From Girardia tigrina (taxonomy: Eukaryota), in NCBI GenBank assembly GCA_001938485.1, contig MQRK01243625.1:1-64000 (forward strand): 64,000 bases of DNA, written 5' to 3'. The first letter of the stretch is position 1. The number at the start of each line of letters is the position of its first letter. The notes under the pieces were generated by a model. That model did not search any database. It saw only the letters and a list, made by a program, of their open reading frames with translations, and was not told the origin of the DNA. Positions 46,291-60,100 of this stretch are shown piece by piece. The position numbers were made by a program, and so were the translations under genes.

Positions 46291-49088
46291 AGTTTTTTTC
46301 GTTTATGTTTTCTAAGTTTCAGTTTGATTCTCGTCTCCTCTAAATAGTTTTAATTAGTTCCAATGTTTGAGATTTGAATTTCTTTCTCTTTCAACAAATT
46401 CTGAGACAGTGTCATATTGGCTGCATGAGATACGTTCCAAGAAAGATAATCTCCAAGTTTCGCTTTGAGCTCAGTCTCGGTTTTTATTGTGCAGTTATGA
46501 ATCATCTAAAACTCAACGCGACCATTTTTCAATTGCAGATCGATTATCCACAATCTCTCTTCTGTTGATTTTAACTTGATATTTTTCAATTCTAAATAAT
46601 CTTTCATTTCTTTGCTGATTTGATTTTTGTTCATTATTTCTGATTGAAGAAAAATGGTTTCATCTTTATAGTTATTGTTCGGAATTCAAATAGTTATTCT
46701 TGTGTATATTATGTTTTATTATTATAAATTTGGAGTCCATATCTCTATCTCATCTCGAGGATTAAAAAAATGAAGTTTTTTCCTTTATTCGAATGACAAT
46801 CTCGGACAATTTTATTCACTTTTGAATATATATTTGATATTATAAAGTTAAAATAAAAAAATATCTTTACGATTATTCCGTAAATTGTATCATTATTTTA
46901 TGATCAAAATAGTTCGCATGGTTTGGAAACAGTGATTTCTTCCTTTTTTGAAATTTTATAAATGTATTGAACGACTTTCACTATTGTTTTACTGTTTCAA
47001 TAAAATGTCCGATTCAGTGTACACGAAAAAGTTTTGACGGAACTAATTGCGAATTCTGTTTACGGTTTTTAAAAAAAAATCTGAATTGAAGTGAAATAAA
47101 TTCTTGATAGTCTGCGTTTTTAAACTGCAGTGTCTTTAATCATGAGTCTCACAAATTCCCTGGAGTTTCGTTTTGTTTTTGATAAATTTTTTTTTAAAAA
47201 GAAAACGATTTTATATTATGAATATTCGAAGTGGTCGTCGATTGATGATATGATTTAAGTTTTTCACAATGAACACTTTAAAATTAAATATATCGATAAA
47301 AAGGGCAAAATGAGGTTTGAGAAAAATCGATTAATGGCAGAAATAAAGCGCAAATTGAAATATTTTCGAATTACTTTATAGATTTTCTGTGTTTGTTTTC
47401 ATCAGTCAGAAAAAATTGCCAATTTATCGAATGAATTAACGATAATTATATTTGATACTGATTCTCATCGATCGCTCTTCGTGTGTCAAGAAATACGTCA
47501 ATTGTGTCGATATCGATAATTATATAAAGAAATCGATTCATATTGAGTCATCAGATTTAACCATTAATTTCGGATCGGGAAGTAGAATTGTGGGACTAAT
47601 GCAGTGGCACTCCGGCAACATTAAACCCTTTTTCTTGAATAAAAATTATGCTTGCAATGGGCCCAGACCACTGACGACGAATTCGAACCCTGCGCACCTG
47701 CTACCTCCGTCCAGTTCCTCGGGGAAATTCGGGGACAGTTATTATTTACTGTTCTAGTATTCATTTTTTATTATATATTAAAATTTGCACAATGTAGACG
47801 AAATATTTTAAATTCTTTTATTTTGTACACAACACTATTTTACAATATTCGTTTACACACTATTGTTAAGTTGCTACGCAACTACTCAGTTAAACAACAA
47901 ACGTAGTCAAGGAATTTTCTAGAATCACACCATTTCTTACAAAAAAATAATCTTTTATAAATAGAAAATAATAATTTTAATTTTTTGAAATTTGGAATTT
48001 AATAATTTGAAATTTTTAAAAATTTTCTTAAAAATCTCAATCCAAAACACGTTTAATCCTTGAAAATTTGGTGATTTCCTCTCAATCAAAAATAAAACAA
48101 ATTGATGAGACTTTTTCTAAAATGTAAAGAAATTGAAATTTTAAATATGTTAAATACATTAATATTTTTCATATCATAAACTTGCAAAATTCTTTACATT
48201 AAGTCACAAAATTTTACTGTTTTAAGAGAAATGTAATACTTAGATTAATTCAACACATTAACTCTCGCTATCCTTATTTGAGGGCAATTATTTGTATGCA
48301 TTAAAATATAGAACATTATTTATATTTCGGTCAAGATTGACAGTTAAGATTTCTATTTTTATTTTGTTTCTGGAGTTACATAAATTTTCTCAATTTTAGG
48401 ACGTTTATAATCTTAAATACAGTTTATAGTAAATTTTTGAAAAATAAAAATATATTTTGGCTGTTAATAGGTTGACACTTATGGTACCAATGTTTCTTAG
48501 GGGACCCATAAGTTACTTATAAATATAATATCATTTAAGTCTATATTAATAGGATAACAGGATAATATTTCTTTAAAAAATTATTAAAAATTAATTGCTA
48601 TCAATAATGATGGCATTAGTACAAAAATTCATATTTATTTAGCATGAATAACCTGTACATTATATAAGAAATAAATAAATAAAATTGTATTTTTTGTAAT
48701 ATGGTTTAGGAAAATGTAACATCACAAACTCTTCTCCTTCGAGGGTTGAAAAAGATATTTTCGAGGAAAATTCGTTTACAGATTGAAGAGATCTAAGTTG
48801 AATTGTCTTGGGAGAGTTGTGGGATATTTATGTTTTTCATTTGTTGCTTCCAATACTTCAAAATCCCTTTTTTGGTATTACTGAGTTCCTTATTTGTTCT
48901 CCAAGCAACTTTTTTTTCTAATACCTGTGAAGGAAAAATGTATACCTAAGTGATTGGTTTATTTTTGTTAAAACTCAGATCAGTTTTTAAGTCTTAATTT
49001 ATAGGAAATTGAAAATGGGTACTTTCTTCATTATTTTATAAAACTTAATGATCAATTTATTATCAGTACAATATAATCTTATTTCTAG

Positions 49089-49210
49089 CAATATCTGAAT
49101 TTCCTCTAACAATTGCGTCCTTCGACAGCCAAATTGATTTGAATGATCCAACCGGTAAAAGAATCGTGATTTCTGCTAATCTTACTTTGCCAAATTCAAA
49201 CTATGAATAA
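49089..49210 (+). CDS. Possible short terminal exon
   Basis: TTTCTAG acceptor then (A)ISEFPLTIASFDSQIDLNDPTGKRIVISANLTLPNSNYE*. A candidate in-phase donor lies at ~49019. Family not recognised. Confidence 0.25.
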
Positions 49211-49648
49211 TAAAAAGAAACGGAAATTATCTATGATTTGTGAAATACAAATTCATAAAATCAGTGTTTAGATTATATTGAATTTGTTTTATAGATGTAA
49301 AATTTATTAATTGTTGTAAATCTCAGATATTTAGAATTAAAAATAGGATTAGTAAATATATAAAATACATTGTGAGATATAATTAATAAGTTAATAACAA
49401 TTGATAATTTAACGAAATTGAAATAACTAATAATAATCGTTCAAGAATATTCTTAAGAAAACTTTTCGATTACAATGTAAATAAATATATTAGGGGGAAA
49501 TGATTGTTCGACATCGATCGATAATTGACCCCCCCGGGAGGTCTATCCGTTGCGTTGGCATGATGAATGCAATACTTTGACATGATGGATGCATGATGAC
49601 ATCACCTTGGATACGGTCACGTTTTGAATTGTTAATAAGATAATTGTA

Positions 49649-49656
<8 letters not shown>

Positions 49657-49696
<40 letters not shown>
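49657..49696. repeat. (TA)n microsatellite
   Basis: About 20 TA units. Confidence 0.95.
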
Positions 49697-49700
<4 letters not shown>

Positions 49701-50529
49701 AAAAGGCTATGTGTCATAGTTACGGTAACCAAGGTACCTTTGATGGTTGATCAGGTACTTTAGCAGATTATGTAAATAAGTCATCAATCATAATATCTAA
49801 ATATTATGACTATGTACGTTTTAAGTATGTTAAGTAATAATATGAATTTTATACATGTAGTTTTTACATATAATATAAAAGCTTAGTTATCTTGGTTACG
49901 GTAAACAAGGTACTTATGATTGTTGATGAGGTATTTTAGACGATTCACGAGGTATTGTTTGATGGTAAGTAACATACACATCACACATTGGTTTCATATT
50001 TATACGAGAAAATCGATTTTTAAGCACTTTTTTAAGAATTTCAGAAATACTCAAAAAAATCGATTTTTCAGCACTTTTTCAAAAATGTTGATATGTAATC
50101 TGAATGAACGTATATGGGTTCTGATTCAGGTGCATCATCACATTTTTGATATTCTGCTTCCTTGTACCTCTAAAATTGATGTATATTTTGTGCAAATTTA
50201 CACATTATTTTAATTATAGGAAAAAGTAATCAATATATAAAATTTATAATTGCACATTCAGATAGAAAATTAAAATGTGCATCAAACGCATCCTATCGAT
50301 TTTTGACACTAGAACTTTTAAAATATTTTATGTATTGATTTTTTTCTTTTTTGAGCGTGTGCAGCTTTAAAAGCACTGTGCTAGCACATTAAAAATGTGC
50401 GGCACAATGTGCAATATCAATTACTACTTTCAAAATATCGATTAGCACATTTGGGCACTGTGTAGCGATCAATTAGCACTTTTTTCTACAGTTGCTAAGA
50501 AAAGGGTCACGGTTGCGAATTTATTACAT

Positions 50530-51260
50530 TATTTGATTTTAGAAGAGTACAAAGGAGAACAAAAGCTACAAGATCTCATTGTGGAATATCGAAGATTCTT
50601 TGAAATTTCGAAGATCGATGAAGAAGTTCGATCAATATTCGTAAAAAGATTTATATCAATAGAATTAATCGCTGTCTACGAAACCGTGGATCCTAATGTC
50701 ACTAATTCTACCGACAGATCGCCTTTCAGAAACTGTTATCTTTAATCAAAGATTTTATGGCGCTCTACAATTACGAAAAGGGATGAGAGTCGTCAAAGGT
50801 TTTTTTTCCAAAAGATTGATCAAATGGTGGACAAATTGTTGGAACACTGGTGGAACAAGGAGAAGCACACATCATTTTCAGTGTAAAAACATGAATGTGA
50901 AAAAGGAACTTTAATTGCGGGATGCGACATCCTCAGAAGACATTAAAATGTAATTACAAAGATGGAGTACGTGCTGAAGGATAATAAAATCGCGCTAGTA
51001 TATAGAAAAGAAACGTTTGCGGATGCGTTGAAAAAAAAGAAATTTCCAGAACAATTAGACGAAATATCAAACAAATCAACCACAAAATATTTGAAACAAT
51101 AACCAGGCTGAAAACAAAATTTTGGAAAAAGAGATATTGTATGCTTTCAATGCCACAAAAAAGTACATATTCAGAGAAATTGTTCTCAAGCAAGGAAAGT
51201 ATTTTGTTACGCCAGCAGAGATTGGGATCAGGTTATCCCGAATACCGAATAGTTGTAGCT
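50530..51260 (+). mobile_element. Degraded LTR retrotransposon gag with zinc-knuckle remnants
   Basis: LEEYKGEQKLQDLIVEYRRFF start and CFQCHKK / CYASRDWD Q knuckle-like remnants. Confidence 0.5.
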
Positions 51261-51479
51261 TAGGCGTAATGGCAGGATCGTAATTCAGGTGTTTTGTGCT
51301 GGGCCCATTTATTATTATTCAGACTGATCGCTATGTTTCATCGCTAATAAATTTTTAAATCAAAAGAACTCAAAGTTCAAACACAAAATAGCGATGATAT
51401 TGCACAGACAGATGTCTAGTTCGTATTTAAGCTACGACATAGTAATGTAAATATTGTGTTATTTTATTTTTATACTTTC

Positions 51480-52020
51480 CAAATAGATTATCATTAGAGT
51501 CACTATCTCCATGGGATGACTTGGAAATTTAAACAACGCAACAAAGCTGCAGCTACAGTTGAAAAAATATGTAGTATATAGAGCAAAAGAGTTGTAACCT
51601 ATAGAACTGTTTCAAGTGGGTTTGTATAATTTCGTTCTTCATGTATGCCATTGATGAATAAATCAAGAACTGATCGTCCTATTGACTTCGAAAATGTCAT
51701 TAAAAAATTTGGACCGGAATCCACGTAAAACGACAAAAGTTTGCAGAAAAGCTCAACGCATAGCAATAAATTGCTTCTTGTCACCTTATAAAGTTAAAGA
51801 AAATCAGCTAATTGTGATCTCGGGTACCACATTATCTCAACAAAAGTAGTAAATGGAAAGAATGTCAATTACAATATGTTACCTCTGACTGAGAAAAAAT
51901 GAATCTTTTGGACAGGATTATTACAAAAGTGGAAAAGTGGATCACTTATGTAAATATCATCAGTAAAAAAGCTTTGAATTGGTGAAAATCGACTCTGTTG
52001 ATGCCGCCGTCTGGATAATA
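51480..52020 (+). mobile_element. Degraded mariner 5' half
   Basis: RNKAAATVEKIC...YRTVSSG...KSRTDRPIDF and SFGQDYYKSGKVDHL (decayed LDRIITKVEKWITY). Confidence 0.65.
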
Positions 52021-52039
52021 TGGTTGATCAATCGTTATA

Positions 52040-53834
52040 TTAGTTTGTCCTAAAAGTTCCCGGTCAATAATGTAAATACATTTTTTTCAAATTTCTTTTT
52101 GGCATTGTTTTTTATTATTGATATCGATATATTATTGATATATCGATTTATTTATAGCATTATATGGACTACGAGATTACAGAGCTTGAAATCCATGTGT
52201 TGCTGCATCACTATTGGAAGAAAGGCTTGACAACACGAGATGCTGCCAAGGCAATTTGCAAAGTTGAAGGTACACAAACGGTCGGAACAAGTACGGCAAT
52301 TTATTGGTTCAAACGTTTCAATAAAGGCAACTTTGGCTTGAATGATATTCCTCATTCTGGACGACCAACAAAATTGGATGGTGATGACTATGAAGCCTTT
52401 AGTTAACCAATTTTAAATTTTGAATCGACGCGAAAAGAGCTTCACCGTCATTATCATTTAAATACAGTTTTTTAGCTTTAATTCCATTTAAGATATAATC
52501 GTATTTTGGAGATGTTATTCCAAAAAAAGCCAAAAGTTCACCGCAATAATTAATATAATACTGAATCGAATTCCACCAGTTATTAGGTTTATTTAAGTTA
52601 TTTAAATCGATAATTCCGTTGCTACAGTGAACAATAGACGTTTCTATAACATCCATCTTTTTTAAAATTCAATTGTTTTCAAATTTTCGCAATTATCAAT
52701 CAAATACCCAAAACTCAATTCTTTTTTTCAAAATTTTTATTTTTTATTCAATTTACATATAATTACAATTGATGCAGTTAAACAAACTGCAATTTAATCA
52801 ATATACATTTATATTTTTTTAATATAAATTTTTACAAATTTCTTATTACATACACGCAGACATGTTCACAAAAGACATACATCACAATCATATTCAATAA
52901 TTGATTTTTAAGTCATCTTAAGAAATCGATATACACACAAATGTTCATAATTAATTGATTCATTAATTTGAATCTTCCAACCTTCGTCAAGCACTCGCGA
53001 TTTGGCCTTTAAGCTTGGAGTTGGTAAGTCAACCATACACTGGCATTTGAAGCAGCTCGTCTTTGTGCACAAGAAACCGCGTCAAGATCCACATAAACTC
53101 ACCAAAGCACAGACCGATAAAAGAGTCTTAATTTGCCGACAACTGCTACAGAATTCACGAGATGACCGCTTTTGGAAACGAATTTTGAAGTCTGACGAGA
53201 AGTGAGTCTACTTGGTCAACCATAAGTGATGGGTTCGACCGGATCAAGCAATACCACCAGTTCCAAAACAAGATCGATTTGGCTTGAAAATCATGTTGTG
53301 CGTCTGGTGGAACTTTAACGGAGTCGAGCCCTTTGAGTTGGTTTAACGGCCAGGCCATCAATGCAGAGCTCTATTGTCAACAGCTGAAGCGTGTCTACTA
53401 GAAGCTCAAGGAGAAGTACCCTGCCTTAATCAGCGAAAACGTGCACTGCTTCAGCAAAGCAATGTAGCCGCATACTGCCAAGAAGACCACGGGCAGGTTC
53501 CAAGAGTTGGATGCAGTCGAAATCCTGCCGCATCCTGCTTACAATCCTGATTGTGCTCCATCCAACCATGGCCTCTTCCGATCCATACAACACTTCTTGA
53601 AAGGCCGCCGATTCAAGGCATTCGATGAAATTTAACACAAGCATGTCAAGAGTTCTTCAATTCAAAGCAACCGGAATGGTACTTTGACCAGATCCGAAAG
53701 CTTGCAGACCGTTGGCAGAAGGTAATCGAAAACGATGGACTGTACTTTGAACATTAATTCTTATTTATTTAAAATAAATTATTGCTCAAAAAATTGTACT
53801 TTTCATTCTTGACCGGGAACTTTTAGGATAACCC
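52040..53834 (+). mobile_element. mariner element carrying a ~580-bp non-transposon insert
   Basis: 20-bp perfect TIR core TCCTAAAAGTTCCCGGTCAA (52048-52067 / 53809-53828). The transposase N-terminus at 52164-52397 (WFKRF...HSGRP) resumes at ~52976 (PSSSTRDLA...DPHKL...SDEK...PHPAYNPDCAPSN). Confidence 0.92.
52399..52656 (-). CDS. FAM177-family-like small protein (85 aa) inside the mariner
   Basis: IVHCSNGII and NYCGELLAFFGITSPKYDYIL match my recollection of the two conserved FAM177 blocks (IIHFSDG; D.LGE.LA.FFGITSPKYQY). Uninterrupted ATG-to-TAA ORF. Confidence 0.65.
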   Translation of the reverse strand: MDVIETSIVHCSNGIIDLNNLNKPNNWWNSIQYYINYCGELLAFFGITSPKYDYILNGIKAKKLYLNDNDGEALFASIQNLKLVN

Positions 53835-54249
53835 GGGTGTAATTTCGATCGGTGTAAACGTCAATGCATTCGATCTGGGTCGATCGCTCCGTTTCCGTGG
53901 TGAAAAGTTCGATCGGTTTTATCGACATTAAAGATCAACTGTGCTAATAATCGTAGATCAAATCGTTATGAATGAAGAGCAAACACAATCAAAATGCGAC
54001 AAATTTTATTTGACATATTGCAATATATAAATTGTTTATCATAATTAAACTTCCACACAAAAATAGAAATGATTTAATTAAAGAATTTTTTTTTATAAAA
54101 AGGTGATCGTTGATCGAACAACAACGCGACAGTTGTGTTTTGAGGATTTTTAAATACCCATTGAAAAAAAGTAATTTGATTTTGTTGAGTAAAAGATTTT
54201 TTCGGCAGTTTACTTTTATTATGTGAAAATGTGTTTTTTTAATTTTTAA

Positions 54250-54790
54250 TTTTATTATGTATTGTTGTGGAGGTACAACAGACTCCCATTTCTAGATCCT
54301 AAAGGAAGAATTATCTTCTGTATGGATGGTGGCATCCCAAATGGATCATTTACTATGAGTTCGTAAACTGGAAAGAAACAGTTACTATAGATTTATATTT
54401 ACAGCAACTACAAGGAGTTCAAGAAAAACTTCTAGAAAAGATACATCACTGGTTAACCATAAAATACCTTCTTGTTTAATGACAATGCAAGAATGCATAC
54501 AACTAAAGTGACTCAAAAAATATTTATTTTGATGTTTTCTTTTACCACATCCTCCATATGCCCCTGACCTTGATCCAAAAGACTGCCATTTTTCTGTTCC
54601 TTGAAAAACTTTTTAAATGAAAAAAACTTCAAGTTTGATCAGGGAGACATTTCTTTTAATCTAAACCAACCATATTTGTTAAGAGGAATTGATAAACTCA
54701 AAACAAGATTGGAACAAAAAGGATACTTTGTATTTCTTGTACCTTTTGTTATTTTTATTGGCTTTGGGAAACAAATGTTTGTAAAAAACA
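54250..54790 (+). mobile_element. Degraded mariner 3' half
   Basis: LFNDNARMH and LPHPPYAPDLDPKDCH motifs. Confidence 0.85.
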
Positions 54791-54958
54791 GAAATAAATT
54801 TATAACTAAATTTAAGATAATTATCACTCACAAATTATAAAAATATGTGACTCCCAAAATATTACTAATGTCATTGAAACTTCTATTTTTATAAAATTTT
54901 TAATTTTTATACTTTAAATTTAAAAGAAGGAAAAATATAATGTAAAAATATAATTTTA

Positions 54959-56002
54959 TTAATGAGAACACAAATGTAAATTATTAATTTCTTTTTGAAG
55001 ATTTTTAATTTCTTCTCGACTTTGGGTTTTGTTGAGAGCTTCTTGGATTTTCGAAACCGTGTGAATACTGACTCTTCTTCGAGACCTCTGTAAAGTATGT
55101 TGGGGACCTAAGTAACCCTCAGAAGATAAATTGGATGTGATTGTATCTTGAGTACTTTCACCGGTTTTGGAATTTGATGAGTTAAAGAAATGTTTTTCAT
55201 TTAAAGTTATTTTAGAGTCAACGAATTGAGTTTCCTTTGAATGAGTTAAAATTTTCATCAAATTTTCTTTCCATTGAATGTTTCTTTTACTCAAACTGAA
55301 TGGTAAGACTGTAAGATTTTGGCAATTCTCATCTGAACTTATGCGAGAAAAAATCACATTGTTATAATAAAGTTTTTCTTTTTGAACTTTCTTTTTGTTC
55401 TCCAGAAAATTTTCAATATCTCGTTTACCTAAAAGTAATCTAGCAGTGCTCAAATTGTTAGAGATAGTATTAGGGTTGGACTTTTTCTTAACTCCAGCCG
55501 GAGTTCTATCTACATCATACATATCTTCTAAAAGTTTTTCAGCGTGACTTATTTCAAATTGACCTTCAATTCCTGGGTTTAATTTCTTCCATTGATATAC
55601 TAAATGTATTTTTTCAGTATTAATTTTTTGTAATTTCTGATTATGATTGTTTAACATTTTTAACTGGTTTTGTTGAAATTGATGTTTCAAACGGTTTTCT
55701 TTCATCTTCACCAAACATTCACTGTTTCTCAATTGATTCAATACCTTTTTCTTGGAACCATCTTCAGGACTTTCATATTTTACACTAAAATTGTTCACTG
55801 AGAAAACATTTTCTTCCTCATCTTCATCTATATCTAGATAAAAATTCAAGGAATATCAAAATAAACAATAAGAATAATAAAAATAATAAAGATATTAAAA
55901 TTTAATAATTAAATTTATGCATACAAAATTTTTGGTATTCAATTTTTAAATTTCTATTATATTTGAAGTATTATTATTACCTGGAGAGGAGATAGGCGCC
56001 AT
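54959..56002 (-). CDS. Uncharacterised ~298-aa protein with N-terminal coiled-coil-like segment (2 exons)
   Basis: 875-nt open exon 55833-54959 after a TTTTATCTAG acceptor. An in-phase first exon at 56002-55981 (MAPISSP, G|GTAATA) is tentative. No transposon motifs. Confidence 0.75.
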
Positions 56003-56929
56003 CAGGTTCCTTGCCTACTGAGACACTCAAAATATGCAAAACTAAGCCATAATACTTGTGCATGATTGAGTGAACCCATGGCCCAACAAAAATTATTATT
56101 TATATACAACATCGAATTTCTCTCATCTTCTCCTAAGTCAAAAACTTAATCTATGATTCGAATAAAAATCACTGAATATTTTTATCTCATTTGATTTCGC
56201 TTGTTATATTGATATGTAAATGTATAAATAATAATTTGAAAAAAATTAAATAAATTAAAATTATTTGAAAGTTAAATAAAAGAAAAATTTAAATAATAAT
56301 AAAAAAAGGCAGAAAAATTTGAAATAATTTAAATAATGTTCAATTTTGAACATATTATTATTTATTTGAAATCGAGTCATGTGACTCATTGACTTTGTTC
56401 GAAAATTTCAAACTTTTTTGTTATTGTTTTTCAGAGTAATGTGTGTGTGTTTGCTGTATTTTGTTGTCTCATTTTTATTGTGCGGGCGGATTAATTTGGT
56501 ATTTATATGAGGTCACTTTTTCTAAGAATTAAAAGGATAATTAGAATAGAATTAAAATTGATAAGAAATAAAAGGTCATATTTATATTCTAATACGAACT
56601 AATAAATTAAAAATGATCTCCTTGATTAATATATATAAACAAAAATTGGCCTTGCACAATGAGTCTGAGATCTTATTCAAACATTCCTAAAGCGCCTCTG
56701 CTACCACCGTCTGGTCTTCGGGGTAACTGGGGTATGGAGCAGAACACAAGATGTGCTGAAAATCTGTTTACGTAACATCTCCAATAAATACATGAACTGA
56801 GTTACCGGGGTAGCTTTGAGGTAATGTTTTGATATACGCATTAGCTGCGTTGTTGACGATGAATCTACTGAAGTGTTTGTAATTGTGAGACCGTCTAAGA
56901 TATCGTACAGTTAAAATTTCGATAATTTT

Positions 56930-57180
56930 TTTCTGTTTCTGTTTGTCATGTCGATGAGGGAAAGGAAAAAACTGATAGAAGAATTACTCAACATCAAATT
57001 TAAGGAGAAACTTGGGGAAAACTCTATTCAATGCTGAAGGTTGTTTATGGAGATCAAACATTTAAGAAAACAATTCTTTTCAATTGGATCTGGTGTTTGA
57101 GCGAATGGAGTGAAAACTACAAGGGTGACACTAGACAAAGACGACTATTTCCTTCATTTTTAATGAAAACATCGAAGTTT
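56930..57180 (+). mobile_element. Degraded mariner 5' fragment
   Basis: EELLNIKF...KLGENSIQ/MLKVVYGDQTFKKT remnants. Confidence 0.55.
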
Positions 57181-60100
57181 CGCTTTTGATTGCGCTTCAT
57201 TTATTATGCTTGATTCATTGTAAGATAGTTTAAAATCTATTATTTCTTGGTCTGTTTGGTGAAGTAACGACATTTTGTATATGTATGTTAATCAGCTTTT
57301 TGCAGAGTTATTGTTATTTTAAAAAATGTTTTATGTTTAGCTTCTGTTTATATCATTATATGATGGTTTTATATTATCTACGTTTGTTAGGAGATTAATA
57401 TTGCTTTCCATTCTCTGGTTTTGTTTCTTTGTTTCTCGATTTTTGTAAGGTGGATTCTTTTTCCTAAGCATATTATTTTTTTAGAAAAAAAGTTATGTAA
57501 TTCTGTAATCTTGAATTTTTGTAGGTTTATGTGTGAGATATTTTTGTGATTTCATTAAATTTTTAACAATTTTCTATGATCGAAATGAACAAGTACATAG
57601 TCAAGCATCGAACTTTCATGGTTGTCAAGCCCCTCCAATTTCAAAATGAAATAAAAGTAGCCAAGAAATTCAGATTCCTATTCGAAAGTCGTTTCAATGT
57701 CAACTCGATTACAAATTTAAAAAATTCGGCATCATTCTTGACGACGTGGAATAAATGAAGACCAAGAAAGTTATCATTTAAATTGCACTTTTAAAGATCA
57801 TATGTATGCTTGAAATATACAATAATTTTTGCTTTAAACTTCATTCTGTTGTGATATCTTCTGAAATATCAAACTCCATACTCAGTACGCACCATGTACT
57901 TTTGGAATATGATGTTAAAATATTTTTAAATGTCAAAAACTTTTAAATTTCCCTAAATTAATCTGACTAATTCTGAAATGAATCCGACTAATTAGGAAAT
58001 GAGTCTAATTGCTTCCGAGACATTTTATTAGATCCGACTCAATCTATAAATAATATAGTCATTATTTTGTAACATATCAAAAGTATCCATTAAAGATGTT
58101 TTTCTTTTCTTTCTCTTGGAAATGACGATTTTTACTTCTGTGAAAATCTGTTAAAATTGACCTTAGAGGTTGAAGAAACGCTTTAAAGAAAAGGTAAGAA
58201 AGTATTAAAATTTGTTTGCAAAATTCTAGATTTTAATGTCTAGCACAACATTTATTGAATCTGAATTTTTTATAATTTTATAACTTTAATTTTATTTTAT
58301 AACTTTATTTTATAAGAATAAGATATTTAATAATAGATTCAAATAATTATAATAAAACAATTAAAATTATAATTAAACAGTACTAACCATTAATATTCAT
58401 TTCATAGAAATATACATCTAAATCAAAAAGTATCTTTAAATATCAAGTTGTGTTTATTTTTGAAAGGCAAATAAAAAATGGTAACTCTAATATATTTATA
58501 TTGAGTAATAGAAGTCATTTCTAAAAATCTTGATTTATATTTTAATTACTTTACATATTTACTTTACATATATATATATATATAAGAAAATTCTTCAGCA
58601 CTCAAACGGTTAAGAGAAATGTATTATATTTTTAAAAATTAGATTTAGTGTCTAAATTTTCACTTTCACAATGGAATAATTTTTTATTTTAATTTGAGTA
58701 TTGAAGTTGATATTTTGGATGTTCATGATTAGTAATTGTTCGACCATGATTTACATTTTAAATTGAAACATAAGATAATTTCGATTTTTAATTATTTAAA
58801 TGAAATTATTGATTTTTTAAAGTATAAAATAAATTGGAAAACCGATTAAAAAGTTTGTAAAATACAAATCATTGAAATATTTTTTTTTATTTCAAATTGA
58901 AATTATATATTTGATATATTGAAAATTTTTAATGAAAAATCAATAAATTAATTTCCCTTCAGTCAAATTTTTTGGAATATGTAATAAAATATTATATTTC
59001 TAAAAATGTTTTTAATAATCATGAAATTAATTTAATTGTATAAAATGGAAATCTTTGTTTGAATAATTATTTTAAAACAAATCTTTAAAAAATTTTGGCA
59101 ATTTGATTCGATAAAACGGATGCAAATTTTGTTAAGAGTTGTTCTAATGACAATTTGAATTGTGATAATTGTTAAGAGAACTCACACATTTGACAGAACA
59201 TTTATTACACTCACAATTTTGATCATCTCTATGACGATCAATAGTATTGCTTTCACTTAAATCCATCACTCAATGTTTAATATTTCTCATCCCAATGTGA
59301 ACTAACTTGAAGAAAATTATTTTATTTAAAATATTTAATTTATATTGTATTGACTAAAATAAAATTATTTTTTATAATCATTTTTAAATATTAATTTGAT
59401 TTTAAATATTTAAAAATTTACAAAAATAAAAGATTAAAAATTTGAATATTATATCTGAATTTGAATAAATAAGTTTCAGATTATAAGAATTAAAATATTA
59501 ATCAGCCATCTGATTAGGAGAGACACAATCCCAAATCAACACACAACATTTAATCATGCAAACACTACACAAGAACATCAACACCAAATATTCCTCACAA
59601 TAATAATAAAAATTTGGAAAACCGTATTAGTGTTCCTAATAACTAGTGGAGAAAAATTTAGATGATTGACCGAATTTGAGGCATATCTGCTGATAATTAA
59701 ATTAATTAACTTTTATGTTGTTAGAAAAAATTTTAAAATGAGTAATTTAATAATAAAGAAGCAAATTAATATTTAAATATATTAATTAAAAACCCGTTTT
59801 ATGATGACCTTTGATAAAGTATGTATTGCTTATCAAAGAAATTACTATTAACTGTGATAAAAAAAATATGCATTGATTATTTAAAAAAAAAGTTAAGTTG
59901 TTTTTAAATGATTTAAAAAACAATTTTTTAAAATAAAATGTTATAAAGCGGAATCACCGCACAAATTTTTAAATATAAATTTACAAAAAATCGATTGTTT
60001 TTCTTGTTACCTAAATATGCGTTAGTTAATATTGCGGTAATTAAATCGGGGTCAAATTTTGAGAAGTAATTTCTGACGATTACGGAATTGATCCCACAGG

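Noticed and set aside
47675-47700. tRNA gene (GGTTCGAAT T-loop on the minus strand)
   Set aside because: No acceptor, D or anticodon stems.
52403-52966. piggyBac insertion explaining the insert in the mariner (TTAA near both ends)
   Set aside because: There are no inverted repeats inside the TTAA sites, and TTAA is common in such AT-rich DNA.
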